Positions 1 to 5,222 of a stretch of 7,207 nt of DNA are shown here, piece by piece (the stretch's first letter is position 1; each line of letters opens with the position of its first letter). Made by a program: the position numbers and the translations under genes. The notes under the pieces were generated by a model. That model saw nothing but the letters and a program-made list of their open reading frames with translations, ran no database searches and was not told where the DNA came from. This DNA comes from a virus (lineage: Duplodnaviria; Heunggongvirae; Uroviricota; Caudoviricetes), in IMG/VR virus record IMGVR_UViG_2541047595_000010; one strand, given 5' to 3'.

Positions 1-37
1 GACGGACTTCGGGGGAAAAACGAGTATTTTTAGTCAT
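1..37 (-). CDS. IS3-family transposase OrfA, first 12 codons only (MTKNTRFSPEVR...); rest lies outside the window
   Basis: ATG at 37..35 on the minus strand, preceded by SD AGAGG; the translated N-terminus matches my recollection of IS629/IS3411 OrfA. Confidence 0.65.
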   Translation of the reverse strand, partial: MTKNTRFSPEVR

Positions 38-91
38 CCTGTTTACCTCTTTCTCAGGAAGTTTAGTCTCCAGGATTCCCGGGGCGGTTCA
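1..91 (-). mobile_element. Terminal 91 bp of an IS3-family insertion sequence (IS629/IS3411-like), including the terminal inverted repeat; element continues left of the window
   Basis: Minus strand from position 91 reads TGAACCGCCCCGGGAATCCTGGAGACTAAACTTCCTGAGAAAGAGGTAAACAGG then ATG. IS3-family ends begin 5'-TG, and I recall this terminal sequence and the following N-terminus as IS629-group. Recall only, not searched. Confidence 0.7.
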
Positions 92-124
92 GTATGAGTA
101 ATTGCAGTAGTTAAAGAAAATTTC

Positions 125-235
125 TTATGCTCCGTCATGAATTTCCTCAGGTGTTGCGTCATCGTCCACTTCGAATACATCCTCAAAATCTCCACCAGCT
201 ATTCCCGTTTCAATAATAATTTTGAACTTTCGCAT
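125..235 (-). CDS. Hypothetical small acidic protein, 36 aa (MRKFKIIIETGIAGGDFEDVFEVDDDATPEEIHDGA)
   Basis: ATG at 235..233 and TAA at 127..125, below the ORF-track length cutoff. A GC hairpin (CCGCCC-TTTC-GGGCGG, 243-259) lies just upstream; the SD is weak. No homolog recognised. Confidence 0.25.
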   Translation of the reverse strand: MRKFKIIIETGIAGGDFEDVFEVDDDATPEEIHDGA

Positions 236-369
236 TTCACTACCGCCCTTTCGGGCGGCCTCCTGATGTTCTGAGGGTGCGGAAATCCATCCGGTTAAGG
301 ATTAAATTTTATTTACAGAACTGAATTTAATTATTCAGATATACGTATCTGTAGCCTTACGAATCTACT

Positions 370-419
370 CACTGGATGCCTCTTTCATAAAAATAATCCA
401 GTGGGTTTTATCGTTTTTT
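370..419. repeat. 8-bp perfect inverted repeat CACTGGAT / ATCCAGTG (370-377 and 396-403) with an 18-nt loop, followed by the T-rich tract GGTTTTATCGTTTTTT
   Basis: Read directly from the sequence; sits in an AT-rich non-coding spacer downstream of the methyltransferase ORF. Function unknown (weak terminator-like element or protein-binding site). Confidence 0.4.
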
Positions 420-497
420 CCCTGTTCGTTGACAGATAACAGGTTTTCTGTCTGTCAGTGCCAGAATCTGGCTTACCGGTATTTGCGTTTCATTCCA

Positions 498-854
498 TTA
501 AAAAATCAGAACGCCGTGCGGCCTCAACACCCGAAAGGCTTCTTTAAATCTCTGTCGCGAATCATCACGCCAGGCATCTTTATTCAGCCGTCCATATTTC
601 TTTCCCATCCAGGCGTTATCACCAACACTCTCAAGATGCGGAGGGTCTAATACAACCATCGAAAAAGATGCGTCTGCAAATGATAATGCACGAAAATCTG
701 CGATAATGTCAGGGCTGATAATCAAGCGTCTCCCATTGCGTAATGTGTATCCTTCTTTTCTGATATCGCTGAATATCGCCCGTTCGTCAGACTTATCGAA
801 CCAGAACATGCGGCTGCCACAGCACATATCAAGAATGGTTGCCGGTGCACTCAC
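498..854 (-). CDS. SAM-dependent methyltransferase (amino-methyltransferase type), probably 3'-truncated or unusually short (118 aa)
   Basis: Motif I-like ILDMCCGSR near the N-terminus and motif IV-like VVLDPPH (the D/N/S-P-P-Y/F/W/H family) after it. The ORF ends right after a motif-III-like LRPHGVLIF, with no C-terminal strands and no continuation in any frame. GTG start at 854..852 overlaps the upstream stop as GTGA. Confidence 0.6.
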   Translation of the reverse strand: MSAPATILDMCCGSRMFWFDKSDERAIFSDIRKEGYTLRNGRRLIISPDIIADFRALSFADASFSMVVLDPPHLESVGDNAWMGKKYGRLNKDAWRDDSRQRFKEAFRVLRPHGVLIF

Positions 855-1273
855 TGCGCCACGTCCTGAAAATTACCCTGATAGAAAGCCAGTATGCGCT
901 GCATAACTTCGCTCTTCCGGCACTCGCGACAGATTATGTTTAGGCGACTGTCGTAGCGACGTATTTCTCCGTCAGGTGATGACCAGATAAGGTCCGGATC
1001 AACCACAGCAGGTTTCTTCACCTTTGCCCTCGAGAGTTTTTTGCGGGCGTTTTGCCAGTCCTTACGCGCCTGTTCAGAGGGGAATAACCCGTAGCCGGAG
1101 TTGTATACATCGCCACTGGCTACCAGCTCTCTGGCAAGAACGCTCATCAGATATCTAGTCGCACCTGTTTTAGCTTCCAGTTGCCGTAACGTCTCACGGC
1201 CGCTCTGGCGCACGAGTTCCACCACCTGCCATTTAATTTTTTCCCGCTCTTCTTGTGTAAAAACTTTTGCCAC
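851..1273 (-). CDS. Hypothetical phage early protein, 140 aa, possible helix-turn-helix
   Basis: GTG start at 1273..1271 with a strong SD (AAGGGGGA) 4-5 nt upstream; sits between the replication initiator and the methyltransferase in one co-directional operon; stop overlaps the methyltransferase start. Confidence 0.6.
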   Translation of the reverse strand: MAKVFTQEEREKIKWQVVELVRQSGRETLRQLEAKTGATRYLMSVLARELVASGDVYNSGYGLFPSEQARKDWQNARKKLSRAKVKKPAVVDPDLIWSSPDGEIRRYDSRLNIICRECRKSEVMQRILAFYQGNFQDVAQ

Positions 1274-1313
1274 AAGTCCCCCTTAAAATTACCTCATGAC
1301 CTGAAATCAACAC

Positions 1314-2279
1314 TTATCCTCTGAAACCAGGCGGAATTTCTGTATCCGGTTCAGAAATATGATTAACACAACGCTGTACAGGTGAACGTCCCAGGCGGAT
1401 GACCAGTTCGTCCCATTTTTCGCGGAGCTTTGACGGGCTCATGATGTTTTTTACCCAGAATGGATCTCGCTGAACCCGACCAAACATTTCGCAAATTTGT
1501 CTGTGGCTTCTGCCATCCAGCATCCGCATTGTGCGCACGTCATTGGCCCAGGCAGTCCAGTTAGGCTCTTTTGGTCGCATGATCTCGCCATCATCACTGG
1601 CTGCCTGTTCGTAGAGACCCACGATCCGCCCCCAGATCCACTGCGCACACGCCAAATCCTCCCTGCTACCCCACTGGCGTTTTTTCGCACTAAACACAAC
1701 CGCGTCGGAGTTCCGGGTTAAAAAATCCTGTTCAGTCGTCTGCGGGTCCGGTTGCGAAGCTTCCGGACGAAAAGTGTTTTTATTCTCTGTAGTAATCTCT
1801 GTTGTATTCTCTGTAAGATCATCAGGCCATTTTGACCCGATGACATTGGGTCGTTTTGAACCAATGGAGCGTTTCATTTTGACCTCTTCCATCGTGTCAT
1901 TTTGACCTGATGGAGCGGCGCATTTTGAACCGATGGATTCGCTCAATTTGCCACCATCTAAAAGCTCGCTCCCATAGTTGATCGTGTAGAAATTGGTCAT
2001 ATCGCGCTTTGATTTATTGAGCTTTTCACAACGCAAAAGCCCCAGCGTTTTCAGACTTGCAAACGCGCGCTTTAACGTTGACTCTGACCAGAATGGGAAC
2101 TGTTCCAGCCATTGTTCCGTTGTGTTATAAATCCAGCGAACACCATCACATTCCATGCCGGAGTTGGTATCTCTCAACCAGTAGTGCAGTTGTTGCAAAA
2201 CAATGGCTTCGTTTAAGCCAATTTTCATTGCCAGCTGCGTGTTTATAACCAGTGGGCGTTCAGCAAAAAGAAGGCTCAT
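1314..2279 (-). CDS. Phage replication initiator / replisome organiser (lambda O-like role), with iterons embedded in the central part of the gene
   Basis: Long ORF in an operon with the cro-like gene. N-terminal region resembles phage replisome-organiser winged-helix domains (recall-based). Start is ambiguous: ATG at 2279..2277 (used here) or in-frame TTG at 2333 or 2321. Internal direct repeats encode repeated IGSK and TTEN peptide motifs, as in lambda O. Confidence 0.8.
   Translation of the reverse strand: MSLLFAERPLVINTQLAMKIGLNEAIVLQQLHYWLRDTNSGMECDGVRWIYNTTEQWLEQFPFWSESTLKRAFASLKTLGLLRCEKLNKSKRDMTNFYTINYGSELLDGGKLSESIGSKCAAPSGQNDTMEEVKMKRSIGSKRPNVIGSKWPDDLTENTTEITTENKNTFRPEASQPDPQTTEQDFLTRNSDAVVFSAKKRQWGSREDLACAQWIWGRIVGLYEQAASDDGEIMRPKEPNWTAWANDVRTMRMLDGRSHRQICEMFGRVQRDPFWVKNIMSPSKLREKWDELVIRLGRSPVQRCVNHISEPDTEIPPGFRG
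1781..1817. repeat. Three tandem 12-bp repeats, core ATTCTCTGT / AATCTCTGT / ATTCTCTGT, in an AT-rich patch
   Basis: Core starts at 1782, 1794 and 1806 (12-bp period), immediately beside the iteron array. Confidence 0.5.
1828..1945. repeat. Five direct iterons with 23-bp period, consensus about CATTTTGA(C/A)C(C/T)GATGGAGCG; putative origin of replication
   Basis: TTTTGA cores at 1830, 1854, 1877, 1900 and 1923 (spacings 24, 23, 23, 23), with conserved flanks and a divergent middle in repeat 3. The location inside the initiator gene parallels lambda ori within O. Confidence 0.7.
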
Positions 2280-2781
2280 AATTCCATCCAGCTTTTTGTT
2301 GGTATTGCTGTCGATACGCAAGTTTGAAAGCAATTGCTTTTTCTATAAGTTCGTCAGTTTCACGATCCACTACGGCAGGATCAGCAAAAAGCAGTCCGGA
2401 CTCCACCACATCGCCATATTCTTTGTTTAACCCGGCGATCATGCACGTGATGCTTTTTCCGTCAGTAATTTCACGATACAACCTGAAATCATTAATCCGG
2501 ATAGCCTCCATAATTGCAGGCACTAGCGCCGTGAACTTTTCACGCTTATCCCTGGTGTCGATAGCCTTCCAGCGTTCAAATATCTTCACTCGATTAACGC
2601 CAAGCGCTCGCTGATCAATCGCGCCACCTTCATATGTGACACGCTGAACATCGATGTTCGGGCGCTCTTTCAAAGCCCAGAATGCTTCAGTGATTAATAT
2701 CGTCGCCTGCTCCTGTGTCATTCCTGGTCGACATATCCAGGCATCCAGAGCCTCACGAGCCTGTTCAGGAGTGATTTTCAT
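2260..2781 (-). CDS. Hypothetical early regulator at the cII position (173 aa); possibly YdaT-like
   Basis: ATG at 2781..2779, overlapping the dicC stop by 17 nt and the downstream initiator start by about 20 nt (operon coupling). Family assignment is a guess from synteny, not from recognised motifs. Confidence 0.55.
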   Translation of the reverse strand: MKITPEQAREALDAWICRPGMTQEQATILITEAFWALKERPNIDVQRVTYEGGAIDQRALGVNRVKIFERWKAIDTRDKREKFTALVPAIMEAIRINDFRLYREITDGKSITCMIAGLNKEYGDVVESGLLFADPAVVDRETDELIEKAIAFKLAYRQQYQQKAGWNYEPSFC

Positions 2782-2995
2782 TGTTCAACCGCCCCGCCCG
2801 CTTCGTCTTACGATATTCATCATAAACTTTGGGATCATACTGAAGCTCCCCGCCAGATGCCTCCTGTAGACGCATCGCGCGACCTTCGGGAACTAAATCC
2901 CCTTTCCAGCTATAAAGCGAAGCCAAACGAATACCTGCTGCTTGTGCAAGTTTTGTTTTTGAACCGAAATACAAAAGAGCGTCAGTTTTAAGCAT
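2765..2995 (-). CDS. dicC: Cro-like transcriptional regulator DicC (76 aa)
   Basis: ATG at 2995..2993 with SD AAGGTG; divergent from dicA; length and position match my recollection of K-12 Qin DicC. Confidence 0.85.
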   Translation of the reverse strand: MLKTDALLYFGSKTKLAQAAGIRLASLYSWKGDLVPEGRAMRLQEASGGELQYDPKVYDEYRKTKRAGRLNNENHS

Positions 2996-3010
2996 TTAAA
3001 ACACCTTTAT

Positions 3011-3028
3011 TGTTAGTCATAACTAACA
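3011..3028. promoter_or_regulatory. Operator-like imperfect palindrome TGTTAGTCATAACTAACA (16 of 18 symmetric positions)
   Basis: Seen in the dicC-dicA intergenic region; overlaps the -10 and start region of the candidate dicC promoter; shares the 10-mer TGTTAGTCAT with the site at 3557-3572. Confidence 0.5.
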
Positions 3029-3056
3029 AGATAGATGTTAACAAAAACATAGTCAA
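3028..3056 (-). promoter_or_regulatory. Candidate sigma70 promoter for the dicC operon: -35 TTGACT, 17-nt spacer, -10 TATCTT (minus-strand reading)
   Basis: Hexamers read from the sequence (plus-strand agtcaa at 3051-3056 and aagata at 3028-3033); positioned about 35-60 nt upstream of the dicC start. Confidence 0.45.
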
Positions 3057-3062
3057 TACGAT

Positions 3063-3076
3063 TTAGCATTAGCTAA
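3063..3076. promoter_or_regulatory. Operator-like palindrome TTAGCATTAGCTAA abutting the dicA start codon
   Basis: Half-sites TTAGC / GCTAA with a 4-nt spacer, ending 2 nt before the dicA ATG. The dicA promoter itself could not be placed confidently; dicA may be leaderless or nearly so. Confidence 0.4.
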
Positions 3077-3078
3077 CT

Positions 3079-3486
3079 ATGGAAACAAAAAATTTAACTA
3101 TCGGCGAACGCATCAGGTATCGTCGGAAAAACCTCAAACACACCCAAAGGTCTCTTGCTAAAGCCCTGAAAATCTCCCATGTGTCTGTATCACAATGGGA
3201 ACGGGGTGATAGTGAACCTACAGGGAAGAACCTTTTTGCCCTCAGCAAAGTATTGCAATGCTCACCAACATGGATTCTATTTGGCGATGAAGACAAGCAA
3301 CCAACACCACCTGTTGAGAAGCCAGTTGCCTTATCCCCCAAAGAACTAGAGCTCCTTGAGCTGTTTAATGCACTGCCAGAATCAGAACAGGATACCCAGC
3401 TCGCCGAAATGCGAGCTCGAGTAAAAAACTTCAATAAACTCTTTGAAGAATTACTAAAAGCCCGTCAGCGGACAAATAAAAGATAA
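3079..3486 (+). CDS. dicA: HTH (XRE/cI-type) repressor DicA (135 aa)
   Basis: N-terminal HTH (RSLAKALKISHVSVSQWERG); METKNLTIGERIRYRRKNLKHTQ... matches my recollection of DicA; exact length match; divergent arrangement with the cro-like dicC. Confidence 0.9.
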   Translation: METKNLTIGERIRYRRKNLKHTQRSLAKALKISHVSVSQWERGDSEPTGKNLFALSKVLQCSPTWILFGDEDKQPTPPVEKPVALSPKELELLELFNALPESEQDTQLAEMRARVKNFNKLFEELLKARQRTNKR

Positions 3487-3521
3487 CATCATCAATGAGT
3501 TATCTTTTACTACATCAATCA

Positions 3522-3539
3522 TGTTAGCTATAGCATACA
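3522..3539. promoter_or_regulatory. Weaker operator-like imperfect palindrome TGTTAGCTATAGCATACA (14 of 18 symmetric)
   Basis: Located just upstream of the -35 of the candidate dicB-operon promoter. Confidence 0.3.
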
Positions 3540-3546
3540 AAATCAC

Positions 3547-3575
3547 TTGACCGATATGTTAGTCATGGCTAATCT
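3547..3575 (+). promoter_or_regulatory. Candidate repressible promoter of the ydfABC-dicF-dicB operon: -35 TTGACC (3547-3552), 17-nt spacer, -10 TAATCT (3570-3575), with operator TGTTAGTCATGGCTAA (3557-3572) across the spacer and -10
   Basis: Near-consensus hexamers with ideal spacing, about 80 nt upstream of ydfA; the embedded operator shares TGTTAGTCAT with the intergenic operator, consistent with DicA repression of the dicB operon (established for K-12). Confidence 0.5.
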
Positions 3576-3652
3576 TGTTTGCATCAACACACCGCACGGT
3601 GTTCTCAGCAAACAGTTCCGCTACCCCAGCGTTAAGGGGAAATGAGGTCAGC

Positions 3653-3808
3653 ATGGATACTATCGATCTTGGCAACAACGAATCTCTGGTGTACGGCGTG
3701 TTTCCAAACCAGGACGGCACGTTCACCGCAATGACGTATACCAAAAGCAAAACGTTTAAAACCGAAAATGGTGCCCGTCGCTGGCTGGAAAGAAACTCAG
3801 GTGAGTGA
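3653..3808 (+). CDS. ydfA: Small prophage protein YdfA (51 aa)
   Basis: ATG at 3653 with SD GAGG 5 nt upstream; the ORF-track entry 3575..3808 is the same frame with a spurious 5' extension. Length and position match K-12 ydfA. Confidence 0.8.
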   Translation: MDTIDLGNNESLVYGVFPNQDGTFTAMTYTKSKTFKTENGARRWLERNSGE

Positions 3809-3809
3809 T

Positions 3810-3938
3810 ATGGATTTCGACACAATCATGGAAAAGGCTTACGAAGAATACTTCGAAGGCCTTGCCGAAGGCGAAGAAGCTCTCAGCTTCAGTGAGTTTA
3901 AACAGGCGCTTTCCAGTTCGGCAAAATCTAACGGCTGA
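3810..3938 (+). CDS. ydfB: Small acidic prophage protein YdfB (42 aa; MDFDTIMEKAYEEYFEGLAEGEEALSFSEFKQALSSSAKSNG)
   Basis: ATG at 3810, one nt after the ydfA stop, SD GGTGAG; translated by hand; absent from the ORF track because it is short. Length and position match K-12 ydfB. Confidence 0.75.
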   Translation: MDFDTIMEKAYEEYFEGLAEGEEALSFSEFKQALSSSAKSNG

Positions 3939-3967
3939 TAAGCGAAACAGCACCGCGAGGAATCAGT

Positions 3968-4186
3968 ATGCAGAAACGAGAACCCGTCATCATCGCGCCA
4001 GACTATACCGATGATGAACTTTATGAGTGGATGCGCCAGAAAATTAATGCAGCGCAGGATCTGAAATGGGCTAATGAAGCCAGGGCTAAGCAGGCTGAAA
4101 ATCTGTCCGCTCTGGAGCAGGATATCACCAATCTGGAAAAAGCAGCGGCATTAAGCATTGCCAGAATGATTACATACCCGCGTTAG
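3968..4186 (+). CDS. ydfC: Small prophage protein YdfC (72 aa), C-terminal coiled-coil-like
   Basis: ORF-track entry with SD GAGGAA; length and position match K-12 ydfC. Confidence 0.8.
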   Translation: MQKREPVIIAPDYTDDELYEWMRQKINAAQDLKWANEARAKQAENLSALEQDITNLEKAAALSIARMITYPR

Positions 4187-4526
4187 TAGCTAATCAACAA
4201 AGCTAAGGTTAGTAATTAAGGAGTTCTCCACGGGTGAGGTGGAGTGCGTGCGCCGGACACGGGTGCGCATCCGGAACTGACAGTTTACTGAAAGGATATT
4301 TCCCTGAAAAGTCAGACCATAACGCGAAAGCGCACGGCGAGGTAGCTGGTTCATAGATAGCCTGTCGTTAAATTTTCGTCGACCGTGCGCTTCCGGTTGT
4401 GGCAACCCGCGAAATGGCGCGGCGGTAAGTATGGCGGGGTTATTCCTTCCCCGTTGAGGACACCGGGTTGTCAGGTTGACCATACGCTTAAGTGACAACC
4501 CCGCTGCAACGCCCTCTGTTATCAAT

Positions 4527-4585
4527 TTTCTGGTGACGTTTGGCGGTATCAGTTTTACTCCGTGACTGCTCTGCCGCCCTTTTTA
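4527..4585 (+). ncRNA. dicF: DicF small RNA (about 53 nt plus U tail), processed from the dicB-operon transcript
   Basis: TTTCTGGTGACGTTTGGCGGTATCAGTTTTACTCCGTGACTGCTCTGCCGCCC followed by TTTTT matches my recollection of DicF; it sits between ydfC and dicB as in K-12. Confidence 0.7.
4543..4585 (+). terminator. Intrinsic terminator-like element at the DicF 3' end (GC stem GGCGG...CCGCC followed by TTTTT)
   Basis: GGCGG at 4543-4547 can pair with CCGCC at 4574-4578; T5 at 4580-4584. The loop is large, so termination is probably partial, consistent with dicB being expressed downstream. Confidence 0.45.
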
Positions 4586-4753
4586 AAGTGAATTTTGTGA
4601 TGTGGTGAATGCGGCTGAGCGCACGCGGAACAGTTAAAACCAAAAACAGTGTTATGGGTGGATTCTCTGTATCCGGCGTTAATTGTTAACTGGTTAACGT
4701 CACCTGGAGGCACCAGGCACTGCATCACAAAATTCATTGTTGAGGACGCGATA

Positions 4754-4942
4754 ATGAAAACGTTATTACCAAACGTTAATACGTCTGAAGGTTGTTTTGA
4801 AATTGGTGTCACTATCAGTAACCCAGTATTTACTGAAGATGCCATTAACAAGAGAAAACAAGAACGGGAGCTATTAAATAAAATATGCATTGTTTCAATG
4901 CTGGCTCGTTTACGTCTGATGCCAAAAGGATGTGCACAATGA
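4754..4942 (+). CDS. dicB: Cell-division inhibitor DicB (62 aa)
   Basis: ATG at 4754 with SD GAGGA 7 nt upstream; MKTLLPNVNTSEGCFEIGV... matches my recollection of DicB; the ORF-track entry 4649..4942 is the same frame with a spurious extension. Confidence 0.85.
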   Translation: MKTLLPNVNTSEGCFEIGVTISNPVFTEDAINKRKQERELLNKICIVSMLARLRLMPKGCAQ

Positions 4943-5130
4943 ATTCAGCATTTGTGCTTGTTCTGACAGTTTTTCTTGTTTCCGGAGAGCCAGTTGATAT
5001 TGCAGTCAGTGTTCACAGGACAATGCAGGAGTGTATGACTGCAGCAACCGAACAGAAAATTCCCGGTAACTGTTACCCGGTCGATAAAGTTATTCACCAG
5101 GATAATATCGAAATCCCGGCAGGTCTTTAA
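4939..5130 (+). CDS. ydfD: Small membrane protein YdfD (63 aa), hydrophobic N-terminus MNSAFVLVLTVFLVSG
   Basis: ATG at 4939 overlaps the dicB stop as ATGA (translational coupling); length and position match K-12 ydfD. Confidence 0.8.
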   Translation: MNSAFVLVLTVFLVSGEPVDIAVSVHRTMQECMTAATEQKIPGNCYPVDKVIHQDNIEIPAGL

Positions 5131-5222
5131 AACAGTTCCGTAATAAATATCCGGTTTCATTCTTATATGCCAGCAATGGCAGGGATTTGTTCATCCTTAA
5201 ATCTGTCATGAGGTTAAAACAA

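Noticed and set aside
243-259. GC hairpin CCGCCC-TTTC-GGGCGG as an intrinsic terminator
   Set aside because: No U-tract follows on either strand; kept only as a structural note.
429-457. Perfect -35 consensus TTGACA at 429-434
   Set aside because: No acceptable -10 hexamer at 16-18 nt spacing (ctgtca/tctgtc); more likely part of the inverted-repeat cluster than a promoter.
429-650. Plus-strand 73-aa ORF from the track
   Set aside because: Antisense to the methyltransferase gene, starts in the AT-rich palindromic spacer, no convincing SD; most likely an overlap artefact.
706-1286. Track ORFs 706..906(+) and 1101..1286(+)
   Set aside because: Antisense to the methyltransferase and the 140-aa ORF; no start signals; treated as chance frames.
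1451-2869. Track ORFs 1451..1699(-), 1497..1721(+), 2057..2248(+), 2203..2430(+), 2324..2614(+), 2654..2869(+)
   Set aside because: All are embedded in or antisense to the long co-directional minus-strand operon (initiator, cII-position ORF, dicC) and lack start signals; treated as chance frames.
3069-3434. Minus-strand 121-aa ORF antisense to dicA
   Set aside because: Completely overlaps the well-supported dicA frame; Ser/Arg-rich low-complexity translation typical of antisense artefacts.
3559-4014. Track ORFs 3559..3825(-), 3756..3953(-), 3805..4014(+), and the 5' extension of 3575..3808
   Set aside because: They overlap ydfA/ydfB/ydfC in other frames or strands; the ydfA/ydfB/ydfC frames have proper SDs and K-12-matching lengths, whereas these do not.
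1339-4676. Shared 11-mer TCTGTATCCGG at 1339-1349 and 4666-4676, and ATTCTCTGTA-like motif near dicB resembling the 12-bp ori repeats
   Set aside because: Single exact 11-mer pairs are expected by chance in a 7.2-kb window considering both strands; no periodicity or symmetry to support a binding-site array.
4676-4710. Paired GTTAAC sites (TTAATTGTTAACTGGTTAACG) and the CCTGG...CCAGG inverted repeat upstream of dicB
   Set aside because: Short and unconserved-looking; could be incidental; no promoter hexamers at appropriate spacing were found.
4190-4890. Minus-strand ORFs 4190..4525 and 4555..4890 (111 aa each)
   Set aside because: The first lies in the GC-rich structured leader (Arg-rich translation); the second is antisense to DicF and dicB; neither has an SD or fits the operon direction.
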